34,345 nucleotides of DNA, from contig SHYC01000003.1 of assembly GCA_009693005.1 (NCBI GenBank), positions 1 through 34,345 on the forward strand, written 5' to 3'. Source of the stretch: Dehalococcoidia bacterium (GTDB lineage: Bacteria; Chloroflexota; Dehalococcoidia; SHYD01; SHYC01). The translations under genes and the position numbers were made by a program. Under the pieces are notes generated by a model. It made no database searches, was not told the DNA's origin, and worked only from the letters and a program-made list of their open reading frames with translations. Below, in pieces: positions 9,256-18,467 of the stretch (within the stretch, counting starts at the first letter, position 1; the number at the start of each line of letters is the position of its first letter).

Positions 9256-11154
9256 ATGTCTTTATTCCGTTATATGATCAGATCCCCCAGGCTAGCCCTT
9301 TGCCTCATAGTCCTTCTAGCTTTCCTGATTCGCGTACACAACCTCTCCTTTGAGAGCATTGATATGGATGAAGCGGATGCCATTGCCTTCGCTTCGATGC
9401 CTCTCAAGGATACTTTAGCCCTTTTTACCAAGCCAGGCGAGAACGGGCCTCTTTATTATCTGCTGCTAAAGGGGTGGATGGCTTTCGTAGGGCAGTCGGA
9501 GTTCGCAGTCAGGTTCTTATCGGTGATCCCAGGGGTCCTGGCTGTTCCTGTCATATACAACTTAGCCTTAATGGTCTTTGCCCGGCGCCGAGAAGGCCTG
9601 ATTGCAGCGGTCCTGGTCACCTTCTCCTCGTACCTGCTCTATTACTCGCAGATGACCAGGATGTATTCCCTGGTGCTGCTGACCAGCCTGCTTTCCGGTT
9701 ACCTGCTGCTCAAGGCGCTGGAAGAGCACAAGTGGGGGCTTTGGCTCCTATATGCTCTCTTCGCGACCTTGAGTATGTACCTTCACATCTTTGCAGCTCT
9801 GATGGTCCCCTGGCATCTTGCCTATTATTTAACCTGCATAGCACGGAAAGATGGCCGGCGGTCTCTGCGCGCGGGATTAACGGCCTTCGCAGTCGTCACT
9901 CTGCCATACTTGCCCCTCGGCCTAATTAGACTGAGTATGATTAGAAACCCAGAGGTGGTTGGCCGCCAATACTCGGGCCCGCAGTCTCCACTTGGCATGC
10001 TATCAACCCTATCCAGAGAATATGGCACCAACTTTGATGGCCTTCCGTCCGCGCTTCTCTACTCTTTCTTTGCGGGTATGACATTGGCAGGGCTGATAAG
10101 CCTGTTTCTGCCTGAGAAAAGGCGCAGGCTTCATTGGTTCCTGGTTTTCGGCCTGGCGGCGCCTATATCGTTCGCCTATGTAATAGTAAGCTTTGGCGCG
10201 CCGCTTTTTTCGTCCAGATACTTGATAATCACCCTTCCAGTCTTTTTTCTTCTCTGGGCCAGCGCCATCGCCATGCTGAGAGAGCGCATTGGGATCTGGG
10301 CCTATAGCATAATAGCGATCACAATAGTCTTAAACGGCGCTCGGTGGACGGAAAGCAGCGTGTACGGCCAGCACTTCCGTGAGGACTGGCGGGGCGGATC
10401 ATTGTACTTAAAGGAGAGAATAACGCAGGAGGACCTGCTGATAATTCCCTGGCCAAACGTAGCCAACGCCTTCAGGTACTACGCTGGCAACAGCACGGCT
10501 ATCCTCAGCGCAGACGCCGCGCTGGCCGGCGCTTCCGATATCCGGTTAGGCCCTGCGTTTCAGAAGGCTGCAGCCGGCAGAAAAAACGTCTGGTTTATGA
10601 GAGCTTACTATCAAGAGGGCGATATGGCTCCCATGAAAACCTGGCTGGAAGCGAATACGTACGTGCTTGACCACCAAAATTTTCCCGGCATATACGTCAC
10701 TCACTACCTTATTAGCGGAGGGAAGCCGGAGGTCGAGACAAAGGTATCTTTTGGGCACACGCTGATGCTGCTTGGGTACGACAGACCGAAGCCGCCACCT
10801 GATCCTGGCGGACCCTGGGCGGTCAAACTATACTGGCAAGCTCTTGTTCCTATGGACAAGGACTATGCAACGGTCCTTGCGGCTGTGGATTCTCAAGGAG
10901 AGATTATAACGAAGGTTGAGGGCGCAATAAACCAAAACAGGTATCCTACCTCGCGGTGGCAGCGTGGTTGGACCATGCCGGAGGAAAAGGAACTGAGGCT
11001 TCCAACGCTTGCAAACGGAAGCTACACCCTTATGGTTGGAGTCCAAGAATTGAACGGGGATGCACGCCTAACTCCGGACTCAGATCTGTGGCGTGATAAT
11101 CTGGCCATAATAGGGGTTGTCCAGCCTGAGAACGCGCAAAAAGAGGCTGGATGA
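9256..11154 (+). CDS. GT39/PMT-ArnT-like polytopic glycosyltransferase with extracytoplasmic C-terminal domain
   Basis: MDEA loop, PLYYLLL, YYSQMTRMYS and many TM helices. C-terminal LLGYD...LYWQAL...YPTSRW domain is typical of Chloroflexota GT-C enzymes. Confidence 0.85.
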   Translation: MSLFRYMIRSPRLALCLIVLLAFLIRVHNLSFESIDMDEADAIAFASMPLKDTLALFTKPGENGPLYYLLLKGWMAFVGQSEFAVRFLSVIPGVLAVPVIYNLALMVFARRREGLIAAVLVTFSSYLLYYSQMTRMYSLVLLTSLLSGYLLLKALEEHKWGLWLLYALFATLSMYLHIFAALMVPWHLAYYLTCIARKDGRRSLRAGLTAFAVVTLPYLPLGLIRLSMIRNPEVVGRQYSGPQSPLGMLSTLSREYGTNFDGLPSALLYSFFAGMTLAGLISLFLPEKRRRLHWFLVFGLAAPISFAYVIVSFGAPLFSSRYLIITLPVFFLLWASAIAMLRERIGIWAYSIIAITIVLNGARWTESSVYGQHFREDWRGGSLYLKERITQEDLLIIPWPNVANAFRYYAGNSTAILSADAALAGASDIRLGPAFQKAAAGRKNVWFMRAYYQEGDMAPMKTWLEANTYVLDHQNFPGIYVTHYLISGGKPEVETKVSFGHTLMLLGYDRPKPPPDPGGPWAVKLYWQALVPMDKDYATVLAAVDSQGEIITKVEGAINQNRYPTSRWQRGWTMPEEKELRLPTLANGSYTLMVGVQELNGDARLTPDSDLWRDNLAIIGVVQPENAQKEAG

Positions 11155-11172
11155 GCGTCTCCGGATCAGGTT

Positions 11173-11283
11173 CTACTCTTTGTCGGCGCCAAAGAACACC
11201 TTTAGTATCCAGGCTGACAAGTAAGCCAATCCGATAAATATCAGAGCGATAATTATCAGTAAACACCATATTCCGCAAGTCAT
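11173..11283 (-). CDS. Putative 36-aa single-pass membrane microprotein (below ORF-track cutoff)
   Basis: MTCGIWCLLIIIALIFIGLAYLSAWILKVFFGADKE*: one long hydrophobic stretch and a charged tail. RBS is weak. Confidence 0.45.
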   Translation of the reverse strand: MTCGIWCLLIIIALIFIGLAYLSAWILKVFFGADKE

Positions 11284-11370
11284 AATCGGTTGCCCGCCGG
11301 TCCAATCAATTTATGCTATTCATGCGAAAATAGCTTTGAAGCCGTCATTGGTTCGAAAGTGCTAGGTCGA

Positions 11371-11452
11371 CGTTGCCTGAGGTTCTCGAAGGCAACGCCC
11401 GCTCCTAGTTCGAGAACCTCAGGCAACGGGCTACGCTCATCCATTTTCATCC
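11371..11452. repeat. REP-like palindromic repeat, copy 2
   Basis: Perfect 20-bp inverted repeat CGTTGCCTGAGGTTCTCGAA (11371-11390) / TTCGAGAACCTCAGGCAACG (11409-11428). The tail is shared with copy 1. Confidence 0.75.
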
Positions 11453-11502
11453 TCTATGGCGCCGCTGGCAAGCGGCATGGACGATTGCCAGCCGGAGGCC
11501 AA

Positions 11503-11582
11503 AGCAATCTCTCGTGAGTTGCGACCTGCCGAGATTGGTTCACGGAGTCTGTCCTGAACATAGCCGAAGGGCTCGCAATGAC
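11503..11582. repeat. Second REP-like unit (AGCAATCTC...GAGATTG...CTCGCAATGAC type)
   Basis: CAATCTC/GAGATTG inverted pair. Internal TGTCCTGAACATAGCCGAAGG resembles the unit nested at 1073-1093. Confidence 0.45.
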
Positions 11583-11784
11583 TAATTGATCTTATGTTCA
11601 TCCCTAGTGGTCGGAGCAACGCTCGCCAGTATTTTGCCAGCTATACCGGGATTATGCTACTATCCAAGTGATATAGTCCCGGTTTATCGGTAATCCAGGT
11701 TGATGAGAGCAACTCATACGTTATCAGAATGCTGCTTTGGTGTCCAAATCTTGCAGTGAACCTGCCAAACTAAGGAGGTGCCCC

Positions 11785-12105
11785 ATGCTTGAATACCGGT
11801 TTGAACGAGAATGTCGTACCCAGCATTCTGAGTCCTACTCTATAACAGAGGAGGGACGAAAGATAGGGCGTATTGACCTGCATTTTACCTATGACGTAGT
11901 TGAAGGAAGCTTGGTTATACCGGAACGTCTTACCAGCGAAGAGATAGATGAGTTGGTCCAGCTTATAGACCAGGAGTTATTGCCATCCTCTGGGGTGCCT
12001 CGAACAGACTTCATAGTAAACGTGTTTGCCGGCCGGGAAGTAGGCATCTTTAGCGATGAGGACTTCGAGCAAGAGGACGAGCCCACTAACGGGCGTACCC
12101 CGTAG
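11785..12105 (+). CDS. Acidic hypothetical protein (106 aa)
   Basis: AAGGAGG RBS before ATG 11785. Sequence begins MLEYRFERECRT and looks globular. Confidence 0.75.
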   Translation: MLEYRFERECRTQHSESYSITEEGRKIGRIDLHFTYDVVEGSLVIPERLTSEEIDELVQLIDQELLPSSGVPRTDFIVNVFAGREVGIFSDEDFEQEDEPTNGRTP

Positions 12106-12204
12106 CAGATTTCTAACCCCGTTAAGATTAGCACCCTCATCAGCCTCCTTGTTGGCGATCATAAAGCAGCCAGGAAAACACTATCAGAGAGAAGCCTTAT
12201 CGTT

Positions 12205-12648
12205 ATGCCTATAGAACGCTTGGTGTCGGCAGGCGGAGTCCTGGTTAGAGAAATCAACGGTGAAACAGAGACGGTCCTGTGTGGTAGGCCGAGCACGGGT
12301 CTTTGGGGTCTCCCAAAAGGTACGCCCAATAGTGGCGAAACTCTAAAGGAGACAGCGCTTAGAGAGGTAGAGGAGGAAACAGGAATCAGGCCCCGAATAG
12401 AAGGTAAAATCGGTACTACCCAGTACCGGTTCAAGAGATCTCAGGACAAAGCCAGGTGTTTCAAGACCGTACACTACTACCTGATGACTCCAGTACTTGG
12501 AGATACTTCTCTCCATGATGCGGAATATGAAGAGGTAATCTGGTGTTCAATAGCGGTTGCCATCGATAAGTTGAGCCATGAAAATGACGTACAAATATTA
12601 AAATTGGCCGTCGATATGGCGGCAAGAAGAGGGGTGCCTAAACAGTAA
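12205..12648 (+). CDS. NUDIX hydrolase
   Basis: Nudix box GTPNSGETLKETALREVEEETG. Confidence 0.92.
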   Translation: MPIERLVSAGGVLVREINGETETVLCGRPSTGLWGLPKGTPNSGETLKETALREVEEETGIRPRIEGKIGTTQYRFKRSQDKARCFKTVHYYLMTPVLGDTSLHDAEYEEVIWCSIAVAIDKLSHENDVQILKLAVDMAARRGVPKQ

Positions 12649-12657
12649 GGAGTTCAA

Positions 12658-13290
12658 GTGTTAGATAGAATCCTGTCTTGGTTAGGCGTTACGAGTCGAG
12701 AAACAGGTAGGGCCGACAAAGTGGAAATCAAAGGCGAGAAGGTAATACTGAGAGAAAAGCGCCTGGAGGACGCCGAAAGTGACTACAAGTGGCGCTCAGA
12801 CCCTGAGTTGGCGACCTTCGATGGCGTCCCTCCTTTAAGAATGTCCTTGAACTCATATCTATCTGTCTTCAGAGAAGAACTACGGTACCCATCACGTCGG
12901 CACCGTACCTTTGCTATTGAAGACTATGATGGGCGGCATATAGGCAACTGTATGTATTACGACATTGATGAAGGAGCCGGCCAGGCAGAGCTTGGTATTC
13001 TAATCGGGGAGCGCGAATACTGGAGCAAAGGCTACGGTACAGACGCTGTAAACGCCCTGCTGCATCATATATTTGGCAGCACCAAATTAGAGAGAGTGTA
13101 TCTACACACCTTGGAATGGAATATTCGCGCCCAGAAATCATTCGAAAAGAGCGGGTTTGTCCGTATTGGAGAGGTCAAACGTAGCGACAATATCTTTATC
13201 GCCATGGAGATCTATAGGTCGTGGATGGAGACCAATGCTAAAACAGGCGCAGGCCATTTTGGGGATACTGGTGAGACATCTCCTGAATAA
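12658..13290 (+). CDS. GNAT N-acetyltransferase, RimJ/RimL type
   Basis: AELGILIGEREYWSKGYGT and NIRAQKSFEKSGF motifs. AAGGAG RBS. Confidence 0.9.
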   Translation: MLDRILSWLGVTSRETGRADKVEIKGEKVILREKRLEDAESDYKWRSDPELATFDGVPPLRMSLNSYLSVFREELRYPSRRHRTFAIEDYDGRHIGNCMYYDIDEGAGQAELGILIGEREYWSKGYGTDAVNALLHHIFGSTKLERVYLHTLEWNIRAQKSFEKSGFVRIGEVKRSDNIFIAMEIYRSWMETNAKTGAGHFGDTGETSPE

Positions 13291-13427
13291 TGCTATAGAG
13301 TCTTCTAGCCTTCTGAAAGGACTGGTTTTGCTGCGTGCAAAGGCGCTCTGTCCGATACTCGCGTCGGGGTAATTCCGGAGACCGACAACGGCGAGCCATC
13401 AGCCCAATTACTACGCTGCAGAAGGCT

Positions 13428-14141
13428 ATGAGCTTCCTCACGATTAATAAACCTATCAAGGCCGGCTTGTTAGTGCTGGGACTGTTCCTCCTGACACGGC
13501 CAGACGGCTTTGTAATTAAGAGCAGCGCAGACACCGTCGAAGAGTATCGCTTGCCCTGGAAGTCTTCCCAGCGAATGTACACTTTGCAGGGGCAAAATCA
13601 GGGCACTCACGTTGGTTTTAGCTCCAGGTACGCCTTTGACTTTGCCCCTGGCCCGACAGACGGTTCGCAATTTGAGGTATTGGCTGTAAAGTCTGGTAAG
13701 GTTGTTATGGCTGCAGGCGCCTTTGCTCCAGGCCTTGACTGCGATCCATCAGCCTCAGCTCGTTCAAACTTTGTCCTTCTTGACCACGGGGATGGCACTG
13801 GCTCCAGATATGAACACCTGGCCCAGGGTAGCATATTGGTTAAGCTGGGGCAGCGTGTAGCACAGGGTGCGGTTCTGGCGACGAGCGGAACTACTGGATT
13901 TGTATGCGGCATAAGGCATCTCCATTACACTGCCCTTGACATAAAGACAATGGAGTCCATACACCGTCCTTTCTCGGACCCAGATGTTAAGAAGGATAAT
14001 GGCGCCCCTAAAACCGGTGAACGGTACTCGTCCACCAATATACGTATTTCATCCAAGGGCGGGAAATCCTTTCTTCCCGTGATGATGCGGGGCTATTCGA
14101 TTCCCAGCGGCAGAGAATCTACCGGCACTAGGGCGCCGTAA
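13428..14141 (+). CDS. M23-family metallopeptidase (start uncertain; ORF open from 13335)
   Basis: H...AFDF, YEHL, G..V..G..LA.SG.TG and HLHY motifs. Hydrophobic N-terminal segment. Confidence 0.85.
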   Translation: MSFLTINKPIKAGLLVLGLFLLTRPDGFVIKSSADTVEEYRLPWKSSQRMYTLQGQNQGTHVGFSSRYAFDFAPGPTDGSQFEVLAVKSGKVVMAAGAFAPGLDCDPSASARSNFVLLDHGDGTGSRYEHLAQGSILVKLGQRVAQGAVLATSGTTGFVCGIRHLHYTALDIKTMESIHRPFSDPDVKKDNGAPKTGERYSSTNIRISSKGGKSFLPVMMRGYSIPSGRESTGTRAP

Positions 14142-14308
14142 CGAGGAGTCATCCCTGGTCTCGATGTAAGCAGGCCTGTACATTAAGGAATATGATTGCC
14201 TCAAAGCATTTCTACCAGCTAACCTGTAGGAGCGGTTCATGGATCGCCTTTACCGGCGTACATAACTTATATCGTCTAGTTTCGAGGCAATAACGGGAAT
14301 TTGCATAA

Positions 14309-14845
14309 ATGGTAGATAAGCGAGATGGCCGCGTTGGGCTTGTTATTGTAAATACCGGCAGTGGCAAGGGAAAGACCACCGCCTCGCTGGGTCTAATGCT
14401 CAGGGCCTGGGGCCAGGGCATGAAGACGGTGATGCTCCAGTTTATTAAGACCAAGACCAGCAACTACGGGGAGAACAAGGCAGCCAGAAAGTTGGGCGTC
14501 GAGATGGTGCCACTGGGCGCCGGCTTCACGTGGCTGTCAAGGGACATAGAAAAGGACAAAGCGCTGGCAAGAGAGGGATGGGATGCTGCAAAACAGAGGT
14601 TGTGTTCTGAAGAGTACGACCTGGTGATTTTGGACGAGCTCACCTATACAATGAAGTACGGATGGCTATCCGTGGAGGAGGTTCTTGAGGCGCTGCGCCG
14701 GAGACCTTCGTGGCAGCATGTCGTTATTACCGGACGGGACGCCCCACCAGAGCTCATTGAATACGCAGATCTGGTCACGGAGATGAAAGAGATAAAGCAT
14801 CCTTACAAGAGCGGGGTTAAGGCGCAGCCGGGGGTGGAGTTCTAG
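14309..14845 (+). CDS. cobO: Cob(I)yrinic acid a,c-diamide adenosyltransferase (CobO/BtuR)
   Basis: TGSGKGKTT, QFIK, LVILDE, VVITGR and KHPY...GVEF motifs. Confidence 0.95.
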   Translation: MVDKRDGRVGLVIVNTGSGKGKTTASLGLMLRAWGQGMKTVMLQFIKTKTSNYGENKAARKLGVEMVPLGAGFTWLSRDIEKDKALAREGWDAAKQRLCSEEYDLVILDELTYTMKYGWLSVEEVLEALRRRPSWQHVVITGRDAPPELIEYADLVTEMKEIKHPYKSGVKAQPGVEF

Positions 14846-15156
14846 GACAGGTCTAGAGATACCGGCGGGCAATACCAGTTGAGCCTGGTAATTATCGGCA
14901 TAACCTCTTTCAGCCTTCGTATGAGAAGGCAATAGCTGGACTGCTGGGCTTTTGTTAACTGGCTGCTGTTATAGAATCCATCAAGCTCTACGAGGTAGTC
15001 TGCCATCATGTGATCCCAGTATAAACTTTCAGATACCCTATCCCACTCTTCCAGGGTCTCCCATTCCTCTGCCAAGTCACGTAGATCATCTATAAAGCTG
15101 TGAATAGCGTTCAAGCTACGTTCAGCCCTTTGGATCACTTCGGTTGTCTGTGCCAT
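14842..15156 (-). CDS. Acidic all-helical hypothetical protein (possible antitoxin/immunity partner)
   Basis: 104-aa ORF overlapping the upstream gene's 3' end. Convergent 4-bp overlap with the cobO stop. Confidence 0.6.
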   Translation of the reverse strand: MAQTTEVIQRAERSLNAIHSFIDDLRDLAEEWETLEEWDRVSESLYWDHMMADYLVELDGFYNSSQLTKAQQSSYCLLIRRLKEVMPIITRLNWYCPPVSLDLS

Positions 15157-15665
15157 ATCAAATTATCTCTCATAGGATGTTGTAGGGCTTCCAGCGCCTC
15201 TTTAGGTTGGTATGCTGTTGTCCAATAGCCTATATGTATTCTGTATTCTACTATAATCCACTCTTCACCCAAAGGGCCCCGTAGATGACCGGCACGACGA
15301 ATAAAGCCTATTTGCCATTCCCCTTGGTAACGGCTAGTAAATATACCGGTCTCTTGGTCATGAACTACTTCACGAATACTCTCTAAATAGTCGTCTAATG
15401 TTATGTTAGTAAGCCATTCTCTGCCTATGATAACATGGCGAAGATAGTGTCGTTCTGCTGCGGTAAGGGTGTCGTTTCCTCTTAATACTCTACCATTCCA
15501 TTCAAGTCCCGCCAACCCGCGAGCGCGGCCGAGTGTAGGCGAAAACCCAGCCCGTGCTACGTGCTCAACTATACCCCGAAGCTCCTCTTCTGTAGGCTGC
15601 CGGACTCCGGTAGCCTACAGAATGAGTCTATCACAATCTGAGAGCTTATGGTCTGTGGCTGCCAT
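15135..15665 (-). pseudogene. Hypothetical protein with in-frame TAG at codon 17 (15615-15617); intact part 15135-15614
   Basis: MAATDHKLSDCDRLIL*ATGVRQPTEEELRGIVEHVARAGFSPTLGRARGLAGLEWNG... is continuous with ORF 15135-15515. Confidence 0.55.
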
Positions 15666-15679
15666 CTAATAGTAAAGGC

Positions 15680-17716
15680 TCAGTCCCTGAGGTGGTATGG
15701 TACATCTATTACCACTATGCCGGGATGAAACAGAAGAGCGGCCTTGAGACGCAAGGCCGTCTGGTTGTGGATCAGGTGCTCCCACCAGCGCCGCGGCACA
15801 TATTCAGGCAGGATGACCGTCACCGTATCGCTTGGATGCGTGTCTCGCACCGCGTCGATATAGGCTATAAGCGGATTGGTTAGGGACCGGAAGGGTGACT
15901 CGATGATGACTAGAGGCGCCTGCATCCCGAACTCCTGCCAGGACCTGCGGAACTTATCCGCTCTCTCCTCATCCTCAGCAACGTGGACCGCTATTATCTG
16001 CTCCAGAGCCGCGATGGCCTGAGCGTAGGCCAGCGCCTGCCTGGCTGGTAAGCCCAGATTAGCAATAGGAACAACCACCCTGAGGTGGATAGAACGCGGG
16101 TCCAAAGGTGTTTCAGGAGTGCTGGCCTCCGCTAAATGCAAGTAATGCCGGTGTATGGCCCACATTACACCAACGAGGATTGGTATGAGCACCATTACCA
16201 TCCAGGCCCCCAGGGCAAACTTAGAGACGCCTATTACAATGGCTACGCCTCCTGTGGCTGCAGCCCCAACACCGTTTACCGCAAGTCTTGCAACCCAGCT
16301 TCGTTCCTCTCTCCGCCGCAGCCACCAGCGCCTTACCAGCCCTGTTTGGCTCAAAGTAAAGGCAATGAACACACCTACGGTATAGAGTGGGATAAGGTTG
16401 GTGACGCTGCCTTCGTAGACCCAGACCAACAAAGCTGCTGTAAGGGACAAGACTATGATGCCGCTGGTGAAAGCCAGACGGTCACCCCTGAACATGAACT
16501 GGCGGGGTAGATACCGGTCCTGGGCTAAGATAGAGGCCAGACGTGGGAAGCCGTTAAAGGCGGTGTTACCCGCTAACACCAGCAGCAGCGCAGTTGAGAA
16601 TTGCAAGAGGTAGTAGAACCAGTTCTGCCCTGTAAAGGCCCGTGCTATCTGGCTCAGCACCGTCTCCACTTCATGAGGGTCTGGCACTACACCAACCCGG
16701 CCTGCCAGAAAGCTTAGTCCGGCGAATATGGTGGCGAATAAAGCTCCCATTATGATCAAAGTCGTCTGAGCGTTACGCACCTCGGGCTGCTGAAAAGAAG
16801 GTACACCATTTGATACCGCTTCTACTCCCGTTAATGCGACCGAACCTGAGGCAAAAGCGCGGAACACTAGCAGCAGAGTCAGTGGCGCAGCGGTATGGGC
16901 GGTAGTCCATTCTTGTGGCGCCTGATACTCTGGCGCATCGCCAGTCAAAAGTCGATACATTCCGAAAGCCACCAGGCTAAGCACACTCAGAAGATACACA
17001 TAAGTAGGCGCCATAAATACCTTACCCGACTCCCGAACACCTCGCAGGTTCACGATGGTCATGAGCGCAATGACTATTACGGCAAAGAGCACCCGTCGGT
17101 CGTGCAGCCCCGGAAAGGCAGAGGTCAGAGCAGCTATTCCCGCCGACACAGATACCGCAACGGTAAGAACATAGTCAGTGAGCAGGGCAGCAGCAGCGAC
17201 CAGCCCAGCTATCGGCCCCAAATTCTCATAGGCCACTATGTAGCTGCCACCACCTCCAGGATACGTAGCAATAACAACACGATCACTTAACACAACTATA
17301 GCAAGTATCAGTATGATGGCCAGGGTAATAGGAACGGTGAGCGTAAGCGCGGAGACGCTAGCCATTATGAGAACACGCATTATCTCTTCGGTCGCGTAGG
17401 CGGACGAGGATATGTTGTCTGAGGCGAAGAGAGATAGTCCCCGCGGGATGCCTACGCGCTCTGACAACTCGGCAGCGCTGGGAAGAGGAGTTCCGAAAAT
17501 CGTTCGCCCAAGGTTAGACAATATACGGCCCGAATAACCTTTCGGCGCAGGGGGGCGTGGAACGATCAGTCCGGGTCGGACGGTGCGGAAAGATTGTTGG
17601 CGGGCTATACGTATAACTTGATCACCAGGCTTGGCGCCGCGTATTACCTCTTTCCACTCAAGGCCGGAGTCTGAGGGCGTATTTGGCGGGTCATTATCGG
17701 AGCCTGGTAACACCAT
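15680..17716 (-). CDS. APC-superfamily permease, KimA/YdaO (K+ importer) type
   Basis: SDNISSSAYATEE, YPGGGGSY, ALTGVEAVSNGVP and NTAFNGFPRL motifs, plus a soluble C-terminal domain (ESPFRSL, HLIHNQTA). Confidence 0.88.
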   Translation of the reverse strand: MVLPGSDNDPPNTPSDSGLEWKEVIRGAKPGDQVIRIARQQSFRTVRPGLIVPRPPAPKGYSGRILSNLGRTIFGTPLPSAAELSERVGIPRGLSLFASDNISSSAYATEEIMRVLIMASVSALTLTVPITLAIILILAIVVLSDRVVIATYPGGGGSYIVAYENLGPIAGLVAAAALLTDYVLTVAVSVSAGIAALTSAFPGLHDRRVLFAVIVIALMTIVNLRGVRESGKVFMAPTYVYLLSVLSLVAFGMYRLLTGDAPEYQAPQEWTTAHTAAPLTLLLVFRAFASGSVALTGVEAVSNGVPSFQQPEVRNAQTTLIIMGALFATIFAGLSFLAGRVGVVPDPHEVETVLSQIARAFTGQNWFYYLLQFSTALLLVLAGNTAFNGFPRLASILAQDRYLPRQFMFRGDRLAFTSGIIVLSLTAALLVWVYEGSVTNLIPLYTVGVFIAFTLSQTGLVRRWWLRRREERSWVARLAVNGVGAAATGGVAIVIGVSKFALGAWMVMVLIPILVGVMWAIHRHYLHLAEASTPETPLDPRSIHLRVVVPIANLGLPARQALAYAQAIAALEQIIAVHVAEDEERADKFRRSWQEFGMQAPLVIIESPFRSLTNPLIAYIDAVRDTHPSDTVTVILPEYVPRRWWEHLIHNQTALRLKAALLFHPGIVVIDVPYHLRD

Positions 17717-17807
17717 GTAATGAACTCTTATTCCTGCTTTGTGGGGGCCAGCCTTAAAATCTTTTCGAAAGATTTTGTCGTATCTAATAAGACAACGAAT
17801 AAGGCAA

Positions 17808-18467
17808 TTATATACTCAACCCTAGAAACAGCTCTGCGCCAGGCAGAAAGAAAGGGTTGTACTGTTTCTCCTCACCAACCGTCGTGGGCGGGCCATGGCC
17901 AGGGTATATTACCGTATGGTCCGGCAGCGAGAAAATCTTATTCTTGACGGAGGTTATCAACGACCGTCCCGAGCCTCCCTGCCCCTCAAACCTTCCAATG
18001 GAGTTCTGGAAAAGCGTGTCCCCCGTAAATACTCCACCGTCCACGTACAGGCAGGTACTGCCGGGCGTGTGCCCTGGGGTATGCAGCACCCTTACCTCAA
18101 TAGTCCCTACCATAATAGTGGAACCATCCTGGAAGTACTCATCAGGCTCCGGCGAAGGGGTCGCCCTGGCTCCGTAGCTGCTGTGAGCAAGCCTGGCGAA
18201 CAAAGGAACATCATCCGGATGGATCACGAGCTTGGCGCCGGTGTTCTCTCTAATATAAGCATTATTGAATATATGGTCTGAGTGACCGTGAGTATTGAAA
18301 ATATACTCCAGCTTTAGTTGACGCCGCTGTATGAAGTCAAAGAGAGAATGGCTTTGCATGGTGGGGTCAACCAGCGCAGCCTTTCCGGAGACGAGGTCGG
18401 CGATTATGAAAACGCCATTATCCGTCGGGCCAACGCCATAGAAGGGATAGATAGTTGGCTCAGGCAC
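17808..18467 (-). CDS. MBL-fold metallo-hydrolase (glyoxalase II-like)
   Basis: THGHSDH, HTPGHTPG, TGD and PGHG motifs. Confidence 0.92.
   Translation of the reverse strand: MPEPTIYPFYGVGPTDNGVFIIADLVSGKAALVDPTMQSHSLFDFIQRRQLKLEYIFNTHGHSDHIFNNAYIRENTGAKLVIHPDDVPLFARLAHSSYGARATPSPEPDEYFQDGSTIMVGTIEVRVLHTPGHTPGSTCLYVDGGVFTGDTLFQNSIGRFEGQGGSGRSLITSVKNKIFSLPDHTVIYPGHGPPTTVGEEKQYNPFFLPGAELFLGLSI

Noticed and set aside
14142-14308. Cobalamin riboswitch upstream of cobO
   Set aside because: No recognisable B12-box or GGGAA...GCCCCCGC core.
673-15665. Four genes with in-frame stops as evidence of stop-codon reassignment
   Set aside because: The stops are TAA, TAG, TGA and TAG, all in accessory genes, while core genes end normally on all three stop codons. 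Ordinary pseudogenisation fits better.
17717-17807. c-di-AMP (ydaO) riboswitch before the KimA-like permease
   Set aside because: The gap is only ~90 bp and lacks the motif. It holds just an AT-rich palindrome AAAATCTTT-tcg-AAAGATTTT (17756-17776) of unknown role.
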